Assembly: GCA_018303485.1 (NCBI GenBank)
Contig: JAGVYC010000015.1
Coordinates: forward strand, 1-60,432
Direction: 5' to 3'
DNA length: 60,432 nucleotides
Source: Candidatus Woesearchaeota archaeon
Lineage (GTDB): Archaea; Nanobdellota; Nanobdellia; SCGC-AAA011-G17; JACPNG01
The notes beneath the pieces were generated by a model, which saw only the letters and a list, made by a program, of their open reading frames with translations, was not told the DNA's origin and made no database searches. Position 1 is the first letter of the stretch. Every line of letters begins with the position of its first letter. Of the stretch, positions 21,220 through 30,729 are shown one piece after another. A program made the position numbers and the translations under genes.

Positions 21220-21399
21220 ATGCTTTCAATTAACAAATATAGCAAAGGATGGGAAGTTTCGATAATTAAGCTAGAAGACAAAATGAAAGAGAGAAAATAC
21301 AAAGTTACAAGGAAATGGCCAGAAATGAAAATTGCAGAAACAAAGATGTTTTCAACAAAAACAAAAGAGGGGCAAAAAGGCAATTTTGCAAATGGTTAG
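21220..21399 (+). CDS. Small hypothetical protein (possibly truncated)
   Basis: ATG 2 nt after the upstream stop; basic 59-aa ORF. Confidence 0.4.
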   Translation: MLSINKYSKGWEVSIIKLEDKMKERKYKVTRKWPEMKIAETKMFSTKTKEGQKGNFANG

Positions 21400-21701
21400 A
21401 GCAATGAATTGACTTTAGATTTTAAAATCTTTATGAGACTGGGTTGATTATGATGGTAAACGTCTGCTATTTCGAGGGAAAGAATGCGCTTTTGAATATA
21501 TACATCTGGAAACCTATTGGCTATCTCTGTTCTCTGGCTTTCTTCCATAACAACTACATTATCTGCCCAGAGAAGCTCTTTTCTTCTAACAGGCTTAGCA
21601 TTATAAAGACCTGCAGACTTGGTTTTAAATTGACCCTTAAAGATCTCTTTAGCAGTTTTGCTCCTATTCTTATTTTGATTGCATATGAACAATACTTTCA
21701 T
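21396..21701 (-). CDS. Low-molecular-weight protein-tyrosine-phosphatase-like protein
   Basis: N-terminal P-loop LFICNQNKNRS (CX5R), KSAGL, LLWAD.VVVME. Confidence 0.88.
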   Translation of the reverse strand: MKVLFICNQNKNRSKTAKEIFKGQFKTKSAGLYNAKPVRRKELLWADNVVVMEESQRTEIANRFPDVYIQKRILSLEIADVYHHNQPSLIKILKSKVNSLL

Positions 21702-21770
21702 GCCAATTATCATAGTTATATCTTAGATTTAAACTTTATTTTTTTTGGACATAAAGGGGTGGATTCATAA

Positions 21771-22334
21771 ATGGCAAGACCTATAGCAGGAAATCTTTTT
21801 TTGTTAGTTATCTTCTTGATTCTTTTCAAGGATGCATTAGCAATAGCAGCAACACCACCAACATTGATTTTTAATGGTGATGAGGAAAAAGAGTTTATGG
21901 TATTTAACACAAATAATTTTGAGTCAGAATTTATTATATTGCCAAATGAAGATCTTAAATTTTCAAGCAAGAAATTTACATTGGGACCAAAAGAAAAAAA
22001 GGAAATTTTAATATCCCCTCTTGAAGCATCAGCAAAAACAGGCATAATATACATAAAAGAAACATTGCCGAACAACAGCGGCTTAAAGCTAGAAAATGGC
22101 ATAGGTTTAAAATATAACATTAATGAAAAAATAGAGAAAGAAAGTTTTCTTGAAACAACTGGCTATTCAACATGGCAATCTGCAAGGTCAAAATATGCAA
22201 ATCCTAAATTTCTCAGCGCTATTTTGATTATTATTGCAATATTAATAATTATATTTTACAATAATGATATTGTGAAAGAAAAAATTAATTACTGCAAGTT
22301 TAGGTATAAGATTTACAAAAATGGAAAGATATAA
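21771..22334 (+). CDS. Secreted protein with C-terminal TM anchor
   Basis: N-terminal signal peptide, Ig-like core, C-terminal hydrophobic helix. Confidence 0.65.
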   Translation: MARPIAGNLFLLVIFLILFKDALAIAATPPTLIFNGDEEKEFMVFNTNNFESEFIILPNEDLKFSSKKFTLGPKEKKEILISPLEASAKTGIIYIKETLPNNSGLKLENGIGLKYNINEKIEKESFLETTGYSTWQSARSKYANPKFLSAILIIIAILIIIFYNNDIVKEKINYCKFRYKIYKNGKI

Positions 22335-22403
22335 TGAAAGACTCATCAAAGTAGTATTTGTAAACAAAGAAAATTAAAAATGCAAATTTCCATTTATGTA
22401 AAA

Positions 22404-23231
22404 TCACCTGAAACTTTTGCTTATCTTATCATTCCAGAAGCTTGGCAGCTCGTTTGAAACAAAACCAAGATAGGAATCAGAGTAAATGTATGACATTCCC
22501 CTAACATGCTTGTGCTTCTTGAATTTTTCAGCCTTTTCCCTATATATTTCCGATATCTTCTTTCTTTCAAAGTCCTTCTGCAGCAATGAAGATGGCTTTA
22601 AGATTAGGTAATCAATTTGGCGGATTATGTTTACATCGATATTAGCAGAATTCTGGGTTAAAAAGAGAACGCTCAAATCCTTATGCCTAGCTATCAACAG
22701 TAAATCTGAAAGAAACTTGTTTAATTCCTTCATGAAATTTCTTGAGCTGAATGTTATTCCTGACTCATCTATCAACAGAAATGAATCAACTTGAACTTCC
22801 TCAAGATTTGAAGCAAGCCTTATCCATCTTGGCAAATCCTTGAAGCCCATTGCATAAACCTTCTTTCTTGTCCTGCTGGCAATATTTTCCAATACTCTTA
22901 ATCCTAATGCTGATTTTCCAGTGCCTCTTGCACCAAGAATCAAGCCTATTGTGCTTTGCTTTTCATACAATATGTGCTTAAAATCCTCAAAATTACCTTG
23001 CTCATTTTCAATTTCAACTAGTTCCTTTAACATTGAATTCTTCCTTTCTTTTTCTGCAGTTTTATCTTCGATATTCTTATTTCTTTTTTCACTGGCTTTC
23101 CTGAAGATACTGAAAATACCTGCAAGAATGAATTTAACAGCAACATAGATGCCCTTCAATATATACCATACCAACCTGAATATACCTATGAAAGTAAATG
23201 CTATTAAATTCTGCTTTTTCTTTCCTGCCAT
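22404..23231 (-). CDS. Membrane-anchored Zot-like P-loop ATPase
   Basis: N-terminal hydrophobic segment, Walker A GARGTGKS, Walker B LLIDESG, ARHKDLSVLFLTQ and IDVNIIRQ motifs. Confidence 0.75.
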   Translation of the reverse strand: MAGKKKQNLIAFTFIGIFRLVWYILKGIYVAVKFILAGIFSIFRKASEKRNKNIEDKTAEKERKNSMLKELVEIENEQGNFEDFKHILYEKQSTIGLILGARGTGKSALGLRVLENIASRTRKKVYAMGFKDLPRWIRLASNLEEVQVDSFLLIDESGITFSSRNFMKELNKFLSDLLLIARHKDLSVLFLTQNSANIDVNIIRQIDYLILKPSSLLQKDFERKKISEIYREKAEKFKKHKHVRGMSYIYSDSYLGFVSNELPSFWNDKISKSFR

Positions 23232-23321
23232 TTTACTTAATAATTCCTTGTGGTTAATTAACCTTTTGATAACAAAAATTGTTTAGCAACCTTTTTAAAT
23301 TTCCTTTTACCTCATTTAGCT

Positions 23322-25973
23322 ATGCAAGGTTTTAAAGAAATAGAAAGAAAATGGCAGAATGAGTGGGAGAAAGCAAACATATTTAGGGTAAGGCCCAGCA
23401 AAAAAAAGAACAAGTTTGTTTGTCTTGAAATGTTTCCGTATCCTTCAGGCTACTTGCATATGGGGCATGTGAGAAATTATGCTATTGGGGATGCTTATGC
23501 TAGGTTCAAGAGAATGCAGGGTTTTAATGTATTGTATCCAATGGGTTATGATTCTTTTGGATTGCCTGCTGAAAATGCTGCTATAAAGAACAAAGCTGAC
23601 CCTGAAGAATGGACTGTTAGCAATATTGAAGGTCAGAAAAAACAGCAAAAACTGCTCGGATTGAGCTATGACTGGTCAAGAGAAATAGCAACGCATAAAA
23701 AAGAATATTACAAATGGAACCAATATTTTTTCCTTAAACTATACGAAAAAGGCCTTGCTTATAGAAAAGAATCCCCTGTTAATTTCTGCAACAGCTGCAA
23801 GACTGTTTTAGCCAATGAGCAAGTTGAATCTGGAAAATGTTGGAGATGCCACAATTATGTTGAAATAAAAGACCTTGAACAGTGGTTTTTCAAGATAACA
23901 AATTATGCAGAAGAGCTGCTTGATGGCTTGGAGAAATTAAAAAACTGGCCCGAAAGGGTTAAAGTAATGCAAAAAAACTGGATTGGAAAAAGCCATGGAA
24001 CATTGGTAAATTTTAAGCTAAAAGGAACAGATAAAACAATTCCAATATTTACAACAAGGCCGGATACATTGTATGGTGTTAGCTTCATGGCATTTGCGCC
24101 AGAGCATCCAATGGTCATTGAAATGACAGAAAATACACCATATGAAGAAGAAGCTAAGAAATTCATCAATAAAGTTGTGATTGAAGAAAAATTTACAAGA
24201 ACTGCTGAAGATAAAGAAAAAGAAGGGGTCTTTATAGGAAAGCATGCTATAAATCCATTAACTAATGAGGAAATTCCAATATTCATAGCTAATTTTGTAT
24301 TGCTGGATTATGGAACTGGAGCTATAATGGCTGTTCCCGCACATGACCAAAGAGATTTTGAATTTGCAAAGAAATATGACCTACCTATAAAAGTTGTTAT
24401 AACACCAAAGGAAAAAGAGCTTAAAGCCAATGAAATGGAGGCTGCTTATGTTGATGATGGAATATTAATTAATTCAAAACAGTTTAATGGCATTAACAAT
24501 AAAGAAGCTGTTGAAAAAATAAATGATTTTCTGGAACAGAAAGATTTTGGAAAGAGAGCAGTTCAATACAAGCTGAGAGACTGGTTAATTTCAAGGCAGA
24601 GATACTGGGGAACACCAATTCCGATAGTATATTGCGAAAAATGCGGCATAGTGCCTGTTGATTACAAGAATTTGCCGGTTGAATTGCCTAAGGATGTTGA
24701 ATTTACTGGCGAAGGAAATCCATTGGGAAAATGCGAGAGTTTTATGAAAACAAAATGCCCTAAATGCAAGGCAAAAGCAAGGAGAGAAACTGACACTATG
24801 GATACATTTGTTGATTCTTCATGGTATTTCTTTAGATACTGCGACAATAAAAATAAAAAAATGCCGTTTGGAGAGGAAGCAAATTACTGGATGCCGGTAA
24901 ATCAGTATATTGGAGGCATAGAACATGCTATATTGCATTTATTGTATTCAAGATTTTTTACAAAGGCTTTAAGGGATATGGGCTTGACAAATATAGATGA
25001 GCCATTTACCAGCTTGCTAACACAAGGCATGGTAACGAAAGATGGTGCAAAAATGTCAAAGTCATTAGGCAATATTGTTGATCCAATGGAAATCATAAAC
25101 AAGTACGGGGCGGATACAGCAAGATTATTTATTTTGTTTGCTGCTAGTCCGGAAAAAGAACTTGAATGGTCTGATCAAGGGATAGTTGGTTCATTTAGAT
25201 TCATAAACAAGTTTTATTCTTTAACAGAGCAAAAGGGTGCTGCAAATTTAATGAGGGATGAAGTTTTAGTGCACAAGACAAATAAACTAATAAGAGATGC
25301 AACAAACAACATAGAACATTTTGAATTTAATGTAGCAATAACTCACATTATGGAATTTGTAAATTTTATAAACAAAAACAAAGAAAGTTTCAGCGACAAT
25401 GAATTTAGAAATTCTTTAAACACATTGATTGTATTATTATCTCCTTTTATTCCTCATGTTTGTGAGGAAGTCTGGCATATTCTTGGAAATAAAAGCTTTG
25501 TTTCAAGAGCGAAGTGGCCAAAATACAACCAAAAAAAGATAAATGAAAAATTAGATGCATTAGAAATCATGACAGATGCAACAACGTCGGACATTAATGC
25601 CATATTAAAATTAATTAAAACAACACCATCAAAAATAACAGTAATAGTTTCAGGCAAATGGAAATATACATTCTTTAAAAAATTAAAACAAGAACTGGAG
25701 AAAACACGGGATGTGAAGGAGTTAATAAGCAAATTAATGGACAAAGAGCATAAAGAAGATATTCCAAAATTAATACAGAATGCTATAAAAAATCCATCCA
25801 TGGTGCCGGAATTAATATTAGACCAAGAAATGGAATTCAAGGCATTGTATGAAGCAAAAGAAATGCTAAGCAAGGAATTTAAATTAACTGTTGAAATAGG
25901 AAAGGCAGAAACTTCAAAGCACGAAAAGGCAAAAAATGCAATGCCAGGAAAGCCTGCAATTGTTATAAATTAG
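23322..25973 (+). CDS. leuS: Leucine--tRNA ligase (bacterial-type core)
   Basis: [47 protein letters not shown] and KMSKS; TATA at 23292-23299. Confidence 0.98.
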   Translation: MQGFKEIERKWQNEWEKANIFRVRPSKKKNKFVCLEMFPYPSGYLHMGHVRNYAIGDAYARFKRMQGFNVLYPMGYDSFGLPAENAAIKNKADPEEWTVSNIEGQKKQQKLLGLSYDWSREIATHKKEYYKWNQYFFLKLYEKGLAYRKESPVNFCNSCKTVLANEQVESGKCWRCHNYVEIKDLEQWFFKITNYAEELLDGLEKLKNWPERVKVMQKNWIGKSHGTLVNFKLKGTDKTIPIFTTRPDTLYGVSFMAFAPEHPMVIEMTENTPYEEEAKKFINKVVIEEKFTRTAEDKEKEGVFIGKHAINPLTNEEIPIFIANFVLLDYGTGAIMAVPAHDQRDFEFAKKYDLPIKVVITPKEKELKANEMEAAYVDDGILINSKQFNGINNKEAVEKINDFLEQKDFGKRAVQYKLRDWLISRQRYWGTPIPIVYCEKCGIVPVDYKNLPVELPKDVEFTGEGNPLGKCESFMKTKCPKCKAKARRETDTMDTFVDSSWYFFRYCDNKNKKMPFGEEANYWMPVNQYIGGIEHAILHLLYSRFFTKALRDMGLTNIDEPFTSLLTQGMVTKDGAKMSKSLGNIVDPMEIINKYGADTARLFILFAASPEKELEWSDQGIVGSFRFINKFYSLTEQKGAANLMRDEVLVHKTNKLIRDATNNIEHFEFNVAITHIMEFVNFINKNKESFSDNEFRNSLNTLIVLLSPFIPHVCEEVWHILGNKSFVSRAKWPKYNQKKINEKLDALEIMTDATTSDINAILKLIKTTPSKITVIVSGKWKYTFFKKLKQELEKTRDVKELISKLMDKEHKEDIPKLIQNAIKNPSMVPELILDQEMEFKALYEAKEMLSKEFKLTVEIGKAETSKHEKAKNAMPGKPAIVIN

Positions 25974-26018
25974 ACTGTATAGAAATATTAATAAAGTGTT
26001 TGCTTGATTAATTTATGT

Positions 26019-28406
26019 ATGGCAAGATCTATAATTTTATTGCTCTTAGTTGCATTGGTTTTATTGATATTAATCTATGTACCTTATATTGCTGCAGCAG
26101 ATAATGATAATACTGTAATTGTTGCAGCAGATGGTACAGGTAATTTTAAAGATATACAATCAGCCGTTGATGCCCTGCCAAACGGTGGAAAAGTCTTGAT
26201 AAAGGAAGGCATTTACACCATCGATAAGTCAATTAATCTGGCCAAAAATATGGCTGTTATCGGTTCAGGCGACAATACAGTTGTCAAGTTAGGCAATAAT
26301 GTTGACCCTGTACCATTAAGAGGCATATTCAGCATTAAAAACAAAGAGAATATTCTAATTTCTGATCTAAAAATTGACGGAAATATGGCCAATAATCCCA
26401 CATTCGAACAATGGGGCAGGCAAGTTGGCATTAGTATGTGGGATTCAAGAAACATAACAATCAGGCGAATTAATATCATTGACATACCTCATACAGGAGT
26501 TTTCTCAATCAGGTTAGATGGTTGTTTGATTGATGATGTTACTGTTAGAAGAGCAGGATATGGAGGCAGGGGAATTCATATTTATTTCTCAAATAATTGC
26601 ATGATAACTAATTGCTATACTGAGATTCCAGCCCCTGGTTTTGATGGAGTTTATCTTGATAATACAAATAACAGCAAAATTATAAATTGCATAGCTATAA
26701 ATTCCCAATGGGATGGTCTTGGTATTTTCGGGCCACATGCATATAATAATGAAATTAGAGACAGCACATCATTGCATAGTGGCGGTGGTAATATATTCGT
26801 TAGCGCTTCAGGAAACAGAATTATTAACAATGTCTGTAATTATGGTCAGACAGGTATTTGGTTAGGTGGCGAGCCTTTTGGATGGGCAAGAAATAATTTA
26901 TTTCAGGACAACAAATGCAACTATAATGCAAGATATGGATTAATACTATCTCCTAATTTTAATACGTTTTCGAATAATAATTTTATTTATAATCAGGAGT
27001 GTATGTACAATCCAGGAACAAATAGCACATTCAACAATAATTTATGTGAGCCTACTTTAAGTACAAGGCAAAATGATGCCCATTTTATTTACCAGAATGT
27101 TCCAACCAATATGGCTGCTGGTGAAAGATATAAAGTTGAAATCATTATGCAGAATAATGGCACATCTATGTGGACTAGAGCAGACAATTATAGACTAGGG
27201 TCACAAAATTCACCTGATAATGCAATCTGGGGCATTGGAAGAATCTTATTTGACCAGCAGGATACCATAAATATGGGGGCCCATAAATTATTTACATTTA
27301 ATGTAATAGCGCCATCTACGCCTGGAATTTATAACTTTCAATGGCAAATGTTAAGGGAAGGTGTGCAATGGTTTGGGGCCAGAACACCCAATATTGCTAT
27401 AACAGTAGAATCACCAGTTATTTGCGGCAACAATATCTGTGATCCAGGCGAAACAACTCAAAGCTGCCCTCAAGATTGCCAAGTAACTTGCTCAAATGAA
27501 TGCTCTCCTTCTGGAACGAAGCAATGCTTCGGTAATGGTTACCAGACTTGCGGAAATTCTGATGCAGATTCATGCTTAGAATGGAGTTCAATTACAACAT
27601 GCCTAACAGGCCAGACATGCAGCAATGGGCAATGCGTAATAACAACATTATGTGGAAACTCAATATGTGATGCAAATGAAAATGAAATTTCATGCCCTGA
27701 AGATTGTGTATCTCAAACAGGATCTTGCAATCCAGATGGCACTGATGAATTAGGATTGTGCATTATGGCATGCGGTGCCGATATAGCATGCAATGGAAAG
27801 CAGCCAAGAATAACATTGCCATATTGCAGCAAGGTAGGAATTACAGCTGTTTTAGACAAATGCTCATCAAGCTGTAAAGTAGAAGACAAGCCAGACAAGA
27901 TATGCAGGAGAACAGGCATAGAAGATTGCACTGGTGACTGGGAATGTCATGGAAAACAAGCAGGAACTTACAATTGTGATGATAACTGCAATTATATCCC
28001 TCCAGCATGCGGCAATGGCATCTGTGAGTTTGGCGAGACCCTTGATACTTGTTATGTTGATTGTGTAGATATTAAAATAGAATCATGCGGCAACAACAAA
28101 TGCGATTCTCCAGAATCATGCTCTGACTGCCCAGAGGATTGTGGTGTTTGTCCCCCATCTATAGTTGAGGAATCAGTTTGTGGAAATGCAATATGCGAAG
28201 CAGGAGAAACAGCTGAGAGTTGCCAAGCTGATTGCAATGAAATATTAATAAATCTAACAGAAAAACAATTAGAGCAAGAAAAACAAAAAGAAGAAGAGCA
28301 AAATGTTGTGTCAATATACATCTCTAATTTTTTTAGCAAGGTAAAGTGCCTTTTCCGCTCAATTTTCTTGTTTGAAAACTATGGTATTTGCTTAGCTTCA
28401 ATCTAA
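26019..28406 (+). CDS. Secreted parallel beta-helix protein with an NBR1-like Ig domain and Cys-rich repeats
   Basis: VAADGTGNFKDIQSAVDAL pectin-lyase-like start, beta-helix repeats, NNGTSMW...APSTPGIYNFQWQM, 5 CGN..C..GE...SC..DC repeats. Confidence 0.85.
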   Translation: MARSIILLLLVALVLLILIYVPYIAAADNDNTVIVAADGTGNFKDIQSAVDALPNGGKVLIKEGIYTIDKSINLAKNMAVIGSGDNTVVKLGNNVDPVPLRGIFSIKNKENILISDLKIDGNMANNPTFEQWGRQVGISMWDSRNITIRRINIIDIPHTGVFSIRLDGCLIDDVTVRRAGYGGRGIHIYFSNNCMITNCYTEIPAPGFDGVYLDNTNNSKIINCIAINSQWDGLGIFGPHAYNNEIRDSTSLHSGGGNIFVSASGNRIINNVCNYGQTGIWLGGEPFGWARNNLFQDNKCNYNARYGLILSPNFNTFSNNNFIYNQECMYNPGTNSTFNNNLCEPTLSTRQNDAHFIYQNVPTNMAAGERYKVEIIMQNNGTSMWTRADNYRLGSQNSPDNAIWGIGRILFDQQDTINMGAHKLFTFNVIAPSTPGIYNFQWQMLREGVQWFGARTPNIAITVESPVICGNNICDPGETTQSCPQDCQVTCSNECSPSGTKQCFGNGYQTCGNSDADSCLEWSSITTCLTGQTCSNGQCVITTLCGNSICDANENEISCPEDCVSQTGSCNPDGTDELGLCIMACGADIACNGKQPRITLPYCSKVGITAVLDKCSSSCKVEDKPDKICRRTGIEDCTGDWECHGKQAGTYNCDDNCNYIPPACGNGICEFGETLDTCYVDCVDIKIESCGNNKCDSPESCSDCPEDCGVCPPSIVEESVCGNAICEAGETAESCQADCNEILINLTEKQLEQEKQKEEEQNVVSIYISNFFSKVKCLFRSIFLFENYGICLASI

Positions 28407-28453
28407 TTAGAAGCTTAAACAATCTTTATAAATCATCAAATTATCTTAAGCTT

Positions 28454-29008
28454 ATGAATGAAAAATATCTCCTGGTATCGCTAGAAGAAGAAAAGTCAAA
28501 GCAGCTTGCCAATGTATTAAGCAATGACACTTCCAGAAAAATACTTGATTACCTTGCTGAGAAAGACATGTCAGAGACAGACTTGGCAAAAGAGCTAAAC
28601 CTTCCATTAAGCACAGTTCATTATAACGTTCAAAACCTGCTGAAAAACAATCTGGTTGAGATAAAAGACTTTTTGTATAGTGAAAAGGGCAACAAGATAA
28701 ACATTTACAAGCTCTCAAGAAAGCTGATTATAATAGCTCCAAGGGGAATTGAAATAAAGAATATTTTACCAGCTATTGGTGTATCCTTGATAGCCTCTGG
28801 CATAATTTACTTCTTGGCTCAAAGGCAGCAGGAAATCGAGCAGTTCACATTAATGGATACAGCAAAATCAATGGAACTAGAAGCAGCACCAATGCAGGCA
28901 ATGCAGCAAATAGCTACAGCGCCAAACTATGCATTCTGGTTTTTGGTAGGTGCTATATTTGCGATAATTTTATATTCCATCATTAATTACATCAGAAGCA
29001 GAAAATGA
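28454..29008 (+). CDS. ArsR-family HTH regulator with two C-terminal TM helices
   Basis: LANVLSNDTSRKILDYLAE..MSETDLAKELNLPLSTVHYNVQNL..NNLV, followed by two hydrophobic helices. Confidence 0.88.
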   Translation: MNEKYLLVSLEEEKSKQLANVLSNDTSRKILDYLAEKDMSETDLAKELNLPLSTVHYNVQNLLKNNLVEIKDFLYSEKGNKINIYKLSRKLIIIAPRGIEIKNILPAIGVSLIASGIIYFLAQRQQEIEQFTLMDTAKSMELEAAPMQAMQQIATAPNYAFWFLVGAIFAIILYSIINYIRSRK

Positions 29009-29427
29009 AATATGCATTGCTTCCAATCTTGTTAATATTGTCTTTGCTTGCAGCTTCTTGCACAGTGCCGCAAAAAAGCCAATGCAATCTTGCTTCTGAC
29101 TGCCCTAAGGGAAAATGCCCTGATGGCTATGGGTATAATAAATTTGAATGCATAAGCAATAAATGCTCAGAGCTTGTATTCTTTGCAGACCCTTGCCTAA
29201 ATCATTATCCTGAAGAAAAGGAATGCAGCTCAGATTCAGAATGCTCTACTGGTGGGTGTTCAAGCCAATTATGCGGGAAAAAAGGCTCCATCGAAAAGGC
29301 CATAACAACATGTGACTTTAAAGAGGAATATTCTTGCTTAAAATTAACAACTTGTTCCTGTATAAGTGATAAATGCAATTGGAAAGAGAATAATGCTTAT
29401 ATTAATTGCCTCTCAAAATATAGATAA
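29005..29427 (+). CDS. Lipoprotein with an eight-cysteine-cluster domain
   Basis: AASC lipobox-like motif; C..DSEC..GGCS.QLC...TTC.....Y.C.....C.C....C.W pattern. Confidence 0.75.
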   Translation: MKYALLPILLILSLLAASCTVPQKSQCNLASDCPKGKCPDGYGYNKFECISNKCSELVFFADPCLNHYPEEKECSSDSECSTGGCSSQLCGKKGSIEKAITTCDFKEEYSCLKLTTCSCISDKCNWKENNAYINCLSKYR

Positions 29428-29490
29428 CCACTTAAAAAAGACAACGATTATTTAAATAGACTGCACAAATCTTATAATGCAGTAAAGGAG

Positions 29491-29919
29491 GTGTTCATAT
29501 TGGCTAAAAAGATAAAAAAAACTACAATCAATAAAAAAACAATGGTAATAGGCATTGTTGCAATAGCTATTGTTTTAGTCGTTCTAACACTTTTGTTAAA
29601 TCCATCTTTAACTGGCAAAGCTATATCATGTGGTCTTGGCACAACTGTTTTTAGTGTGCATGTTGACGGCAATAAAGAGGGCTATATAGCTGGAATTAAC
29701 AGTGCAACAGTAAGATTGACCCCTAATGACAGGGCATGTACTTACACAGCAACAACCAATGAAAATGGTGATGCTAACATAAGATTAGAGCCAGGTAAAT
29801 ACAGAATATCAATATCAAAAATAGGCAAATGTAGCCCCCACTCAGAAGATATAATAATAACATCAAGCGGGCTATGGAACTTTAGGCTGCAGAACTGTAA
29901 GAGATTATTTTATGTATAA
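29491..29919 (+). CDS. Membrane-anchored carboxypeptidase-regulatory-like (CnaB/transthyretin-like) domain protein
   Basis: Basic N-terminus, TM helix, ATVRL...TTNENG.....L.PGKYRI motif. Confidence 0.7.
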   Translation: MFILAKKIKKTTINKKTMVIGIVAIAIVLVVLTLLLNPSLTGKAISCGLGTTVFSVHVDGNKEGYIAGINSATVRLTPNDRACTYTATTNENGDANIRLEPGKYRISISKIGKCSPHSEDIIITSSGLWNFRLQNCKRLFYV

Positions 29920-30380
29920 TGGCTAAAAGTACAAAAGCAAAAAAGAAGCAGCAAAAAGGAATAAGTATGCTATTGCTTATTTCTATTTCTTTTATTTTCA
30001 TAGGCCTGCTGACATTTAAGATAATAAATCTAACAGGCAATGTTGTAACTCCCCCATGTTCTGGCGGTTCAACATTGATTAAGTTTTATGTTTATGGCAG
30101 CAAATCAGAGGATTCAAACGATGGTCCTCTCTCTAAAGCTAGGATAACACTGCAGCCGCCGAATAAAAACTGCATGTACAGCGACAAAACAAATAAAAAT
30201 GGTTATTCTGAATTCTCGAATATAGTTCCAGGCACTTATAAACTTATAGTAGAGCAAAAAGACATTGGTAAAGGCAAAAGTCTATGCGATAAATATAGAA
30301 CACAAATCGAGATATTAAGGGATTCTGAATATACAATATTATTAACCAACTGCAATGATCATGCATTCAACATACAATGA
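29919..30380 (+). CDS. Membrane-anchored carboxypeptidase-regulatory-like domain protein (paralog of the upstream gene)
   Basis: PLSKARITL...KTNKNGY..F.NI.PGTYKL; same Cys spacing as 29491-29919. Confidence 0.7.
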   Translation: MAKSTKAKKKQQKGISMLLLISISFIFIGLLTFKIINLTGNVVTPPCSGGSTLIKFYVYGSKSEDSNDGPLSKARITLQPPNKNCMYSDKTNKNGYSEFSNIVPGTYKLIVEQKDIGKGKSLCDKYRTQIEILRDSEYTILLTNCNDHAFNIQ

Positions 30381-30652
30381 ACAATGAATTAAACCCCAAT
30401 GTTTTTGCATTTTCATTAGCATCTGTTTTATCAATAATTTATATATTATGTGCGGTTATTTTTGCTTTGTTCCCAGAAGCAGCACTTACATTATTCCAAA
30501 ACATGTTTCATGGAATAGACTTAGCAAAGATAGCCATTGATAATATCTCTTTTGGCAGTGTATTAATAGGGCTTGTAGAAATCATTATCTCATCGTTAAT
30601 CTTTGGTTGGTTGTTTGCATTGTTTTATAATTACCTTGCTGATAGAAAATAG
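30377..30652 (+). CDS. Small membrane protein (DUF5676-like)
   Basis: IYILCA...MFHGIDL...GWLFALFYNY pattern; family name recalled, not searched. Confidence 0.65.
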   Translation: MNNELNPNVFAFSLASVLSIIYILCAVIFALFPEAALTLFQNMFHGIDLAKIAIDNISFGSVLIGLVEIIISSLIFGWLFALFYNYLADRK

Positions 30653-30729
30653 CTTAAAAATATATGTTTTGGCAATATGAGCAGAATTAAAGGACTTGAC
30701 ATTAAAGACATCTATTAATCATTTTTTAC

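Noticed and set aside
21220-23231. Filamentous (inovirus-like) provirus around the Zot-like ATPase
   Set aside because: The neighbours are a phosphatase, surface proteins and leuS; there is no Rep, integrase or co-oriented small coat genes.
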